Source of the DNA: Pelomyxa schiedti
Lineage: Eukaryota; Protista; Evosea
DNA: 32,531 bases
Assembly (NCBI GenBank): GCA_020536535.1
Contig: JAHLWZ010000567.1
Span: 1-32,531, forward strand
Direction: 5' to 3'
A program made the position numbers and the translations under genes. Under the pieces are notes generated by a model, which saw only the letters and a program-made list of their open reading frames with translations, was not told where the DNA came from and did not search any database. Below, piece by piece: positions 10,737 through 20,900 of this stretch. Position 1 is the stretch's first letter. Every line of letters starts with the position of its first letter.

Positions 10737-13700
10737 TTAATGGGAATTTTTGTTTGCAGAGAGAAGACCAAAGAGCCAGTCGAGGCCTTCATAGATTCCA
10801 TCGGCAGTTATTGCGGTACAGGCCTGACAGAGCCACATTGGGTGAGAGAATAGCGGGAGATTGTTCAGCCTGAGCCTCTTTGCTATTTCCGGTGCCGGAA
10901 TTGCATGCGGCAGGTCCTGCTTGTTGGCTGTATATTTTATTCAGTGGGAAAAGGAATAGAAACTCGGATTTGATACCAAAAAACAGGAACGGGATCCCGG
11001 AAAGTGATGGCTCAGCTGCAGCCTGAAGGATATTTATAAAGGTAATAATGAGCGCTTGGGTGAATTAANNNNNNNNNNNNNNNNNNNNNNNNNNNNNNNN
11101 NNNNNNNNNNNNNNNNNNNNNNNNNNNNNNNNNNNNNNNNNNNNNNNNNNNNNNNNNNNNNNNNNNNNGAAAAGGAATAGAAACTCGGATTTGATACCAA
11201 AAAACAGGAACGGGATCCCGGAAAGTGATGGCTCAGCTGCAGCCTGAAGGATATTTATAAAGGTAATAATGAGCGCTTGGGTGAATTAACCAGGAATATC
11301 TGCTCCTCGACTTCTTCAAGACGCTCCGAGTCATAGCTGTCAATGACCCAAATAAAAGCCGATGTATCCAGATAATCTTCGAAGAATATGTTATGCGAAT
11401 CAAATTATATATGAGGGTACACACAATGCCGCCATAGAGGGCGAATTTTATCTTCTGTGTGTACAAGAAAATATAAGATGAGATTTATTGCTTGTTGGGT
11501 ACGATACCTCCACCAACATCCTGTAATTGAAGGTTAATTTGGGGCTTCCAGCTAAAAGAACTTACCCACACAGTCCAAGAAATGTTATTGTGTTCCACGG
11601 TTTCCACATCTAGTTTTGCCTCAGATTGTTAAATGTTGGGTGAAAGAGTAACTGAAGCCGATGGTTGGAATGGTGGTAACAATTTCCCCAAGTCCGAGTT
11701 TGTACAAGAAAGTCGTCTTTCCTGCGTGCGGTTGATTTCCAAGAAAGGTGAATCATTGGAAGTATACCAGCAGCATCCAGCCCGTTTATGCAAATTCGGG
11801 ACGGGGTGGCGGGAGTGTAATTTAGAACTGAAGGAGAAAATGCGCGGGAAAACCAAGATAAGACACCGCCAGGATTTTTCACTGTTTTCCGTGCTTCCCT
11901 GTAAAGGTTTAGACTGAAAGTTAAAGAAGAAAAGTGTACGTAGAACAGCATGCCCGTTCCGAAATTGTGATCCCTTTGTCGTGTGCCAAAGAAAATAGTT
12001 TCTTCCAATTTCCTTTGCAACTGAGTTTCATTGTTGGTGAAATGGAATGAAATGGAGATCATGTACTATGAAATGCTTGCAATAGTTCCGAATTTTAATG
12101 CTGCTTTGGTTTTGGGATCCCACTCTTCTTTATTAAATGCTTGCTTCCAAAGTTCATTGTCCGAGCACAGAGTGCAAAAAGTCCGACAAGTCTGCCACAG
12201 TCTCGCGAGAGACTTGGAATCCAGGTATCCAAGGATCTGGCTTTATATTGTCATTTCTGTTAATATTCAAAGGGTTCATAAAAAGTCTTACTATATAACT
12301 TCAGGTGATAGAGAACCAAAAAGCCCTTTGATTTGTAAGTGGGGGATGTGAACGGAGGTAGGAATACCTATCATAACTGTTTCAGATGATGAAGGCCGAG
12401 TGAAAACGGGAACCGGCTTCGACGCAGCAATAATGCACGCCGAAAACAGCCAACCACATGCAATCTTGAAGATTCTCCTGTTTTCCAATACAGAAACGAG
12501 AGTTGGAGTATTCCTGTTATTAAGATCACCAAGACCTGTAAAACACAATAGTTGATTGTCGGCAATTGTGCGGTAATATTTTGATTTTAGCACTAATAAT
12601 TAAATATTAAATAATAATAAATACCAAGTTGTCCGTAGTTGTTGGCACCCCAACTGTACATGGACCCTGTATCAGCAAGCAGGGCAATTGTGTGTCCTTG
12701 CCCATACGCCCCTCCTGCTGCAACTTGTCGAACCGCGGCTGTTGTGGACAGACCAAACACCACGAGGGTAGGGCTGTTGCGCGGTGAGTTGTCTCCAGTT
12801 CCGAGTTGCCCGGATTTATTGTCTCCAAACGTGTATAAAGCTCCTGTTTCAGTTATAATTGCTGTGTGGTTGTCACCGCAGGCTACTTGAGTGACCTTCA
12901 GTCCCTGTGAAGGAAAGAAATCAACAGAAACGGGAACAGAAGAAGCAGTCTGGGAAGTGAAGTTATATTGAAGAAATTTAAATTTGAGCACACCAATTCT
13001 CCCAATCCTTTAAATATGTTAATGTAGGCCCTTCATACAAAATGGATTGGAAATAAACCAAGTTGGCCAAGGTTTCCTGAACCCCAGGTATACAAAAGCC
13101 CACTTTTGGAAACAGCAGCACTGTGCTTTCCTCCTCCCGCAACAGCCAAGATTTGAATTGACGGGTCATCAAATTTGCACCATGTCATTCTCTCTCTTGA
13201 GTCCAAATCAAAATTCAAAGGCAGAGCTGGAAAGTAAACCTGTCAACAGTATCACCAACGCCTAATTGGCCTTTGTCATTGCAGCCCATTGAATAAGCTT
13301 TTCCACCAAAAACAACTAAGGTGTGAAGACTTCCACAGGAGAGACCATCATAGCGATGATCTGATTATTTGCGGTAAAAGTGAGAGCAATCCTCTGGGAA
13401 AAAAGTGTGGGTGAAAGCACACCCCAGTTTGGGGGTGTGACCCACTTTGGGGCAAACGCCACTGGCCTCCTTGAAGTCTCCCAAGTGACGGGGAGAGAAG
13501 GCTCATTGCTTGCAAGTTCATAAATACCCAAATTGGTGTTGTTTGTAACTACCCAAGTGTTCATTGCCCCACAGCTTACCCTTTTGAAGTGATGTAAAAA
13601 AAAAAATCAAAATATAAGTGGCAGAAAAACCTACATCCTAATGTTCATGCGGGAGAACCACTGAGGCCTAGGAGAAGTATGGAGACCACCCCATGTCAAC

Positions 13701-14364
13701 AGTTCTCCATTACAAATTGCCGCCATGTGACTGTACAACCCACCCCAACCCAGTCAGCTNNNNNNNNNNNNNNNNNNNNNNNNNNNNNNNNNNNNNNNNN
13801 NNNNNNNNNNNNNNNNNNNNNNNNNNNNNNNNNNNNNNNNNNNNNNNNNNNNNNNNNNNTAATGTTCATGCGGGAGAACCACTGAGGCCTAGGAGAAGTA
13901 TGGAGACCACCCCATGTCAACAGTTCTCCATTACAAATTGCCGCCATGTGACTGTACAACCCACCCCAACCCAGTCAGCTTTTTTACATTCATTCCATTC
14001 CATTTCATATCATATCATATCATATCATTTGGATTTTGGTGGTGTGGTGATACCTTCCTCCACAAAACACATCCTGAGTCCTGAATGGCAGCAACTCACT
14101 CACAACTTTAGGCACAGTTACAACTCCTTCCTTTGTACAAAAAAAACCACACCAAGAAAAATGAAAATGCAAAAAAGGAACAATAACAACAACAACAACA
14201 AAAAAAAAAAGTTAGACATTCCGTAGTGTTTCATCGTTACGAGCGAACCCATAATTGCAAGCACACACCTCCTTGCCTCGTCCGAGCTGGCCGTGGTGGG
14301 CGCAACCCCACGTAACCAGCTCAGTCCCTCCTTCTCCCCCATCATCAGCCAAACTGCCCTTCAT
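10737..14364 (-). CDS. Multi-domain protein: RCC1 repeats + F-box + C-terminal Arf-family GTPase
   Basis: Start [33 protein letters not shown]1 motifs ([27 protein letters not shown]; [26 protein letters not shown]; [12 protein letters not shown]). F-box [40 protein letters not shown] (~12145-12325). Arf [59 protein letters not shown]...NKQD. Spans two gaps with 121-nt overlaps. Confidence 0.8.
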
Positions 14365-14412
14365 GTAAATCACTAAATTTCAGGCGAAAAAAACTTTTGG
14401 TTTTTTTTTTGG

Positions 14413-15609
14413 CTACCAACCCATCAAGTATGGTCCCAGAACCTGGGTCACTCCGAAATCTGGAAATCTTATTGAGCCGGGACACTCTCTGACCTCATTT
14501 GCGATTTTGAAGACCACAAACCCAGACGCGGCGTCCATTACCTCAATGGACGCCGCGTCCATTACCTCAATGGCTTCATCACTCCTCACAACCATCTCAT
14601 GCCCAAAAGTCAACGTGGAGGGTGATTTCCACAGGAAGTGGCAGCACATTTTGGTTGGCTCCAAAACACTGTACACTGCTCTGAACCCCTCCCTTCGAAA
14701 GACACGGTCGCCAACCTCAAAGTATGGGCCCCCAATTGGAGTTGGTACCGAGCCCGAGTAAAAGGGATGCAGTGGTGTCTGCTGGTTGGTATTCAAACAC
14801 TTCACCCAGAGCTGGTCTGTATCTCTCTCCACAGTAAGTGCATATGTGATTCCCTTCCAGCATACAACGCCCCTAATGTATTCATTTGCAGCAAGGTATT
14901 TCACCCAGAGCGTAACCAGCTTGTTCTGCGCCACAGTGGCTTCCAAGTCGATTGCCATGAGGCAACCAGCTGACGGCGACACGACCAGCGAATGGTCACC
15001 ATCAAAAGCAACGGCCTGGTCTACTGACCCATCCAGTCTGATCCCATCCGCCTTTGTCGCCCGGCCATTCTCAATCCCATCAAAGTTCCACACTGTCACA
15101 AGACTTGTCCCCCGGCCCACTTGGACGTTGCTCACTGCAACCCACCGCCTGCTGGCACACAACAAAGTGCTTCCCCTGTCGCCCACCAAGAGCGGACCGA
15201 CTTGGCGTCTGGCGTCGAGCACCCTCTTCTCGAGGGAAGCTGTTATGCCAAGTATGAACCTTTCTCCGGCAGATTCGGGGCCGACCCAGCCACTCTGGTA
15301 GAGATCTTCTATCCCGCCGCCGTCGTCCAGGATGAGGCTACGCGGGCAAGCAGAGGTGGGCGGGTCGACGAGCCCGAGGGTGGGCGACACGCTGAACTTG
15401 ATGTAGTATGGCAGGTTGATGGTGTTACGGACGTTGAGCACTACGCGCCTTGCTGGGAACACGACCCAGTCGCGGCCGATGATCGACAGGGACGACGGCG
15501 TGAGGGCCGACACGGGGCTGGACCGGCCGCACCGCCCCACTATCACGCCAACGCCCAGCGCAACGAATTGTTGGCGTGCGTGTGTTGCGTCGAAGGTTGT
15601 AAGCGACAT
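14413..15609 (-). CDS. Lineage-specific expanded-family protein, allele/copy A
   Basis: MSLTTFDATHARQQFVALGVGVIVGRCGRSSPVSALTPSSLSIIGRDWV; intronless; start set by comparison with copy B. Confidence 0.8.
   Translation of the reverse strand: MSLTTFDATHARQQFVALGVGVIVGRCGRSSPVSALTPSSLSIIGRDWVVFPARRVVLNVRNTINLPYYIKFSVSPTLGLVDPPTSACPRSLILDDGGGIEDLYQSGWVGPESAGERFILGITASLEKRVLDARRQVGPLLVGDRGSTLLCASRRWVAVSNVQVGRGTSLVTVWNFDGIENGRATKADGIRLDGSVDQAVAFDGDHSLVVSPSAGCLMAIDLEATVAQNKLVTLWVKYLAANEYIRGVVCWKGITYALTVERDTDQLWVKCLNTNQQTPLHPFYSGSVPTPIGGPYFEVGDRVFRREGFRAVYSVLEPTKMCCHFLWKSPSTLTFGHEMVVRSDEAIEVMDAASIEVMDAASGFVVFKIANEVRECPGSIRFPDFGVTQVLGPYLMGW
14525..14572. repeat. 24-bp in-frame tandem duplication (IEVMDAAS x2)
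   Basis: gacgcggcgtccattacctcaatg followed by gacgccgcgtccattacctcaatg; single copy in allele B. Confidence 0.9.
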
Positions 15610-15741
15610 CGTAAGCCAACTTGTTCTCAGCCTGTCCTTTAACTCAGGGGAAATCACAAGAAGTGGGTTGTGGGGCATTATGCAGGAAGAAAAAAGGAAC
15701 ACGCGCATTTGCCTTGTTACTTTTTGTCATTGCGGCGAGTG

Positions 15742-16073
15742 TCACTCGAAGGGTACATTTGCGGCAGTGGCAGGGGACATCCTGAGGGCGAGGGCGGCGC
15801 AGTGTTCCCTGAGGAGAGCAGCCTGGGTTGGGTCGGGCGCCGATTCCACGCACGCATCAATGAGTGCCGCGCTCGCGGTGGCGGTGGCGGTGCTTGCATC
15901 TGCTGTGGTGGCTGTGGTAGTGGTGGTGGATGTTGTTGTTGATTGTGATGTGAGGCGGAAGGTGTGGAAGATGAGCCTGTCCATGGCTATCCTGATGGGC
16001 GAAATACCGGCGCGGAGCGAGAATGCCTTGAGTGCAATGGCGTTGCGGTGCGGGCTGAATTCCTAGTGCGAAA
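15742..16073 (-). CDS. GCN1: Duplicate (allelic) GCN1 3'-terminal coding region
   Basis: ...IAMDRLIFHTFRLTSQST...MSPATAANVPFE* matches 17939-18273 except in the low-complexity Ser/Thr tract. Confidence 0.6.
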
Positions 16074-16173
16074 NNNNNNNNNNNNNNNNNNNNNNNNNNN
16101 NNNNNNNNNNNNNNNNNNNNNNNNNNNNNNNNNNNNNNNNNNNNNNNNNNNNNNNNNNNNNNNNNNNNNNNNN

Positions 16174-16665
16174 TAATGTTCATGCGGGAGAACCACTGAG
16201 GCCTAGGAGAAGTATGGAGACCACCCCATGTCAACAGTTCTCCATTACAAATTGCCGCCATGTGACTGTACAACCCACCCCAACCCAGTCAGCTCTTTTA
16301 CATTCATTCCATTCCATTTCATATCATATCCTCTCATTTGTATTTTGGTGGTGCGATGATACCTTCCTCCACAAAACACATCCTGAGTCCTGAATGGCAG
16401 CAACTCACTCACAACTTTAGGCACAGTTACAACTCCTTCCTGTGTACAAAAAAAAAAAAAAAAACCACACCAATTATAAATGAAAATGTAAAACAACAAA
16501 AAAAAAAAGTTAGACATTCCGTGTGTTTCTGGCATCGTAACGAGCGAACCCATAATTGCAAGCACACACCTCCTTGCCTCGTCCGAGCTGGCCGTGGTGG
16601 GCGCAACCCCACGTCATCAGCTCAGTCCCTCCTTCTCCCCCATCATCATCTAAACTGCCCTTCAT
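16174..16665 (-). CDS. Duplicate (allelic) 5' exons of the RCC1-F-box-Arf gene
   Basis: [32 protein letters not shown]; ends at a gap. Confidence 0.65.
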
Positions 16666-16713
16666 GAAATCACCGAATCAGCGAAAAGAAGCCTTTTTGG
16701 TTTTTTTTTTTGG

Positions 16714-17874
16714 CTACCATCCCATCAAGTATGGTTCCAGAACCTGGGTCACGCTGAAATCTTGCAATCTTATTGAGCCGGGATACTCTCTGCGCTCATT
16801 TGCGATTTTGAAGACCACAAACCCAGACGCGGCGTCCATTACCTCAATGGCTTCATCGCTCCTCACAACCATCTCATGCCCACAAGTCAAACTGGAGGGT
16901 GATGAACACATGAAGCGGCAGCACATTTTGGTTGGCTCCAAAACACTGTACACTTCTCTGAACCCCCCCCCTCGATAGACACGGTCGCCAACCTCAAAGT
17001 ATGGGCCACCAATTGGATTTGGTACACTTTTACCCGGGAGCAGTTGTGTCTGCTGGTTGGTATTCAAACACTTCACCCAGTGCTGTCTCTCCACAGTAAG
17101 TAGTGCGTATGTGATTCCCTTCCAGCATACTACGCCATCCTTGTATTCATTTGCAGCAAGGTACTTCACCCAGAGCGTAACCAGCTTGTTCTGCGCGAAA
17201 GTGGCTTCCAAGTCGATTGCCAGGAGGCAACCAGCTGACGGCGACACGACCAGCGAATGGTCACCATCAAAAGCAACGGCCTGGTCTACTGACCCATCCA
17301 GCCTGATCCCATCCGCCTTTGTCGCCCGGCCATTCTCGATCCCATCAAAGTTCCACACTGCCAGTCTTGTCCCCCGGCCCACTTGGACGTTGCTGACTGC
17401 AGCCCACCGCCTGCTGGCACACAACAAAGTGCTTTCCCTGTCGCCCACCAAGAGCGGACCGACCTGGCGTCTGGCGTCAAACACCCTCTTCTCGAGGGAA
17501 GCTGTTATGCCAAGTATGAACCTTTCTCCGGCAGGTTCGGGGCCGACCCAGCCACTTTGGTAGATGACTTCTGTTCCGCCGCCGTCGTGCAGGATGAGGC
17601 GACGTGGGGAAGCCGTGGTGGGCTGGTCGACGAGCCCGAGGGTGGGCGACACGCTGAACTTGATGTAGTATGGCATGTAGTCGGGGGTATGACGGAAGTC
17701 GAGCACCACGCGCCTTGCTGGGAACACGACCCAGTCGCGGCCGATGATCGACAGGGACGACGGCGTGAGGGCCGACACGGGGCTGGAGCGGCCGCACCGT
17801 CCCACTATCACGCCAACGCCCAGCGCAACGAATTGTTGGCGTGCGTGTGTGGCGTCGAAGGTTGTAAGCAACAT
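16714..17874 (-). CDS. Lineage-specific expanded-family protein, allele/copy B
   Basis: 386-aa intronless ORF MLLTTFDATHARQQFVALG...; colinear with 14413-15609. Confidence 0.8.
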   Translation of the reverse strand: MLLTTFDATHARQQFVALGVGVIVGRCGRSSPVSALTPSSLSIIGRDWVVFPARRVVLDFRHTPDYMPYYIKFSVSPTLGLVDQPTTASPRRLILHDGGGTEVIYQSGWVGPEPAGERFILGITASLEKRVFDARRQVGPLLVGDRESTLLCASRRWAAVSNVQVGRGTRLAVWNFDGIENGRATKADGIRLDGSVDQAVAFDGDHSLVVSPSAGCLLAIDLEATFAQNKLVTLWVKYLAANEYKDGVVCWKGITYALLTVERQHWVKCLNTNQQTQLLPGKSVPNPIGGPYFEVGDRVYRGGGFREVYSVLEPTKMCCRFMCSSPSSLTCGHEMVVRSDEAIEVMDAASGFVVFKIANERREYPGSIRLQDFSVTQVLEPYLMGW

Positions 17875-17938
17875 CCTAAACCAACTTATGAAAAAGGAAC
17901 ATGCACATTTGCCTTAATACTTTCTGTCATGACGAGAA

Positions 17939-20900
17939 TCACTCGAAGGGTACATTTGCGGCAGTGGCAGGGGACATCCTGAGGGCGAGGGCGGCACAGT
18001 GTTCCCTGAGGAGAGCAGCCTGGGTTGGGTCGGGCGCCGATTCCACGCACGCATCAATGAGTGCCGCGCTCGCGGTGGCGGTGGTGCTTGCATCTGCTGC
18101 TGCTGTGCTTGTGGTGGATGTTGTTGTTGATTGTGATTGTGATTGCGATGTAAGGCGGAAGGTGTGGAAGATGAGCCTGTCCATGGCTATCCTGATGGGC
18201 GAAATACCGGCGCGGAGCGAGAATGCCTTGAGTGCAATGGCGTTGCGGTGCGGGCTGAATTCCTAGTGCGAAATGGGGTATGTTAGGGTGTGCGCTTAGC
18301 TTGTTATTATTATTTAGGAAGTGCGGAATTTTATTATCAGAAGGAAGGTGAAGGGAGAAGGAAGCATGATTGGGGGGAAGAGAATGGGAGAGGAATATGT
18401 ACTTCGGGACTGTTTACGGCGAACTGGGAGAGTGCTTCCAGGGCTGCTATTTTAACCTCTGACACACTGTCATTGAGGCATCCAATAAGCCCCGGCACCA
18501 GCTTGGCAACGATTGGAGTGGCCAGGGCTGGCCCGGCTACCTTCGGGAGAACTGAAAGTGCAATGCCGGCAGACCAGCATGCTGTTGTTTGAAGGCTTAC
18601 CTTTTGTGGCATATTGCATTTTGTTAGAGTCAAGTTGGGTTGGGTTCAGGTACCGTTTCGCCGGTGAAGTCCGTAGATATAATTGCTGGAAATATGGTGA
18701 GGTCGCATTCCACGACCAATTTGGTGGCGTGTAGGAGTAATGTGCCAATGATACGCTCCCTTGCTTGTCTCTGCTGAAGAGCCAGAGATCCCACATGCTT
18801 GTAATCAAACAGAGGATTCCTTTGTGTTTTAATGAGCTCAGTGTGAGACTACTGGCGGAACTTACAGCTTTAGGAGTTTGCTGAATTCTTCTGGTGGTAA
18901 AAACTTCATATGGTGTGCATAAGCACGAGCAGCATGTTGCCTTTGTGAGTCTGTGTGAATGGGTAAAAATGAAGAACAACAAAGACTTTTACATACCGTC
19001 TGTTGCACCCAGCAAGGACACTAGGATAGGTGGAAGCTTTGAGAGTATCTATAAAGGGTAAGGAAACTGCCAAGTTGGTGACTCATACAGTTGAATCTGG
19101 AGGAGTGATTGTCTTGGCAAGAAACAGTGACAGGGCCACGATTTCAGCGTCAACATATTCATCAGAACTTGATAGACCTAAATCGGATTAATGATGGTGG
19201 TTTTTTAAACCATGTAAATCAACCTGTTATCAGTTCAGAAAAAAGCCTTTCCAGCTTGGGATTCAGCTTTGCCAGCTTTCCAACTGCTTCGGCTGCTTGC
19301 ATCCTTACAATCTTTTTTTTCCCCCTTGGTTATTTTTCATGAGTCGATGAAAGTCGAACCTTTGCGGGATCATGTAAGTTCTTCAGGAAGACCCCCTGGA
19401 GCATTGAAACAAACCCTCCCAAGGCAGGTGCCACTTTATCAAGTGCAATGCTGCAAATGAGTTAGAGGATGTCAGATGGGTTTGGGTGGATACCACATGG
19501 TTTGCAAAATGGCAGCCTTTGTTTGCCAGTTAATTCGCTCACCCATAGTTCTAATTAGGGGTCCCACTATAGCTGTTGAACTGGGCATAATTGCAGCACT
19601 GCTGGAGAGGCGAAGGAGTTCGCCTAAACCAACAGCAGCGGTTTCCTTTACTTCATCGGCACCACTGGCAATTGTCTGTCTGAAAAGCTGAGATAAGGGC
19701 TCAAATCCCTGCAAGTGGTAAGAAAATAATGTAGTGCATCTGCTTTTACATTGGGGTTGGATAATCCAGGGAGTTCTGTTGCAGATTCAGAAAGGGTAGA
19801 GAGTACTCTTCTTGCTGTTTCCAGGTAAGAACCCTGTAGTTCTTTTCTGCAATTCTAAAGGTTGTTGGTTGAGGTTTTACAGTTGGAAATGTGCCTTGAG
19901 AAGTTGCGTAACAACGTCACCAGCTGCCATATAAATAACGGGATCGGGATTGTTGAGAAAGTTGAGCAAGTCACTTAATATAAACAGTGCTGGCTGAGTC
20001 TAAACTAACCTTTAGAAACAGAAGAACAGGAAATGATAGGGTTACGGGATCAGCAGTTCCGAAATAGCTTGACAGAAGGTGTAAAGCAGTCATTTTAATC
20101 TCATCCTGTCAATGTGAAAACAAAGTCAGTGTGCAATAGTCTTACAGAGTCGCTGTTGAGGTGCTTCGTCATCTCAGAAAATAACGCAGGGAGGTTGGTA
20201 TCAGTGACAAGAAGCATTAGGCGTAAGGCAGATTCCAGGATTTCTACAAAGACAGTCACAACATGGATTCTGTAAGGTTATGGAACGGAAACCTTGATCT
20301 GGTGCAATGACCATTGTTTTCACTAGTGAAGAGAGAGCTGCCGAAAGATAATCACGAATTGCATCCCCTGCTTCCTCTAATACTCCTATCAATGCAACAC
20401 TGTTGTGCACAGAGACAGGAATCTAAAAAAGGATAATAAGCACCATCGGTTGGGATGAGAAGAGTATGAACCTTGGTGAGTTTGGGAACAACAAGTGGTA
20501 GAACAGCACCACTACGTGCTTGAACCACTTGCTTCAAGGCAGAGAGTGCTGTCTTGAACTTGGAAGGATCCTATAGCCCAAATAAGAAGACATCTTAATT
20601 CCAAAAAATTAACCTTCATGTCTTTCAAAATTGGCGGCAGAATAGTGTCAAGCAGATTGCCTCCAGTTACTTGATACAACCGATTGAAGGCGCCAGCAGC
20701 AGTCTCTCTGACACTTTCGTCTCTGAAGGATGTTAAAACTAACATGATAGAAAGACTTCTACGAATCGCAAAGAGCTTTCTCGATAGCTGGTGTTACTTC
20801 CACAGCGAATGACGATATCATGTTCCTGAGATGAGTTGAGTACAGATGTGGAGTGCCGTTCGAAAACCTTCCAGCCCTAATAATTTCGGCCAAACCCAAA

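Larger units (their letters stand above)
13860..16073. repeat. Copy A of a duplicated unit (RCC1 5' exons + family gene + GCN1 last exon); probable haplotype bubble
   Basis: Bounded by gaps; first 121 nt = 13639-13759 = 16174-16294, last 121 nt = 18153-18273. Confidence 0.85.

Noticed and set aside
10948-11289. 121-nt direct repeats around gaps as LTRs, TSDs or a CRISPR-like array
   Set aside because: Identical length at all gaps regardless of sequence content; assembly overlap
13985-14030. (ATTCC)n/(ATATC)n pentamer repeats and the TTTTAA-type repeat near 28351-28380
   Set aside because: Ordinary intronic microsatellites; not telomeric or array-like
16610-16650. Apparent premature TGA-TGA ([10 protein letters not shown]) suggesting a pseudogene or stop-codon recoding in copy B
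   Set aside because: Wrong frame; the RCC1 frame (MKGSL...[13 protein letters not shown]) is open in both copies
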